A stretch of DNA of 64,000 nucleotides from Octopus bimaculoides. Taxonomy: Eukaryota. Position 1 is the first letter of the stretch; each line of letters begins with the position of its first letter. Location of the stretch: the NCBI RefSeq assembly GCF_001194135.2, contig NC_068998.1:27495610-27559609 (forward strand), written 5' to 3'. Positions 63,451-64,000 of the stretch are shown here, piece by piece. The notes beneath the pieces were generated by a model, which did no database searches, was not told the origin of the DNA, and was given only the letters and a program-made list of their open reading frames with translations. Position numbers and translations under genes: made by a program.

Positions 63451-63938
63451 ACTGTAAACCAAATTCCCTTTTTTTACTACCTTCATTTCTCCCTTGTTTT
63501 TTTACCTCTTAACTCAGTATGACTGAAATTTTGATGAAACTCATTTCTTGTCAATTTCTACTAACATTAATGAACATTGTACATTCAAACAAACTGAAGT
63601 ACAGTTTTAATATTATTGACTGCTATGAACATTAAACTTGTCAACATTGAAATGCCAGTACCTGGCCTCCTAATTCATAATTCTAAATTTGTCAGTTATG
63701 AACAATTTAATTTGTCAACACTGAAACATTTTTACTTCTCAACATTGAAACTTTCAAAGTTGTTTTTCTCATTTATAATTTTAAACTTTTACCATTATTA
63801 AACAAAAAAAAATATTGTTGAAACTAGTTCGGTATGTATGTAAATAAATGTATTTTAAATAATTACAAGTTTTCCAAATTTAGGCGCATTTTCAACAACA
63901 TATTTGCCTCTCTATCTGTATATATGTGTGTGTGTATT

Positions 63939-64000
<62 letters not shown>

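Noticed and set aside
63660-63720. Candidate SEC23IP exon 1 (donor ccag|gtactg)
   Set aside because: Stop codon in the required phase-1 frame and no similarity to the known N-terminus.

Overview
AT-rich, repeat-dense animal genomic DNA with five N-gaps. The SINE families look like Octopus/coleoid cephalopod repeats (inference). Two spliced genes converge tail-to-tail. (1) + strand: the last five exons of protrudin/ZFYVE27, ending in its atypical FYVE finger (749-7911). (2) - strand: SEC23IP/DDHD2-family intracellular phospholipase A1 (WWE-like, GHSLG lipase, SAM, DDHD). I reconstructed 19 coding exons by hand (61828 to 18479). All have GT-AG boundaries and consistent phases, giving 3416 nt; the first exon is not in the window. 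That gene has a 12-nt microexon carrying the conserved Asp of the HPxDPVAYR motif and a ~240-aa Pro-rich C-terminal extension. The rest is introns and intergenic DNA with several SINE families, RTE and CR1-like LINE relics, a DD37E Tc1-like transposon, Penelope fragments, a non-autonomous Helitron, hAT and piggyBac-type MITEs, microsatellites and several fold-back structures. One fold-back is a palindromic tRNA-head element with degenerate hammerhead cores. Exon coordinates were read to the base; repeat boundaries are approximate.
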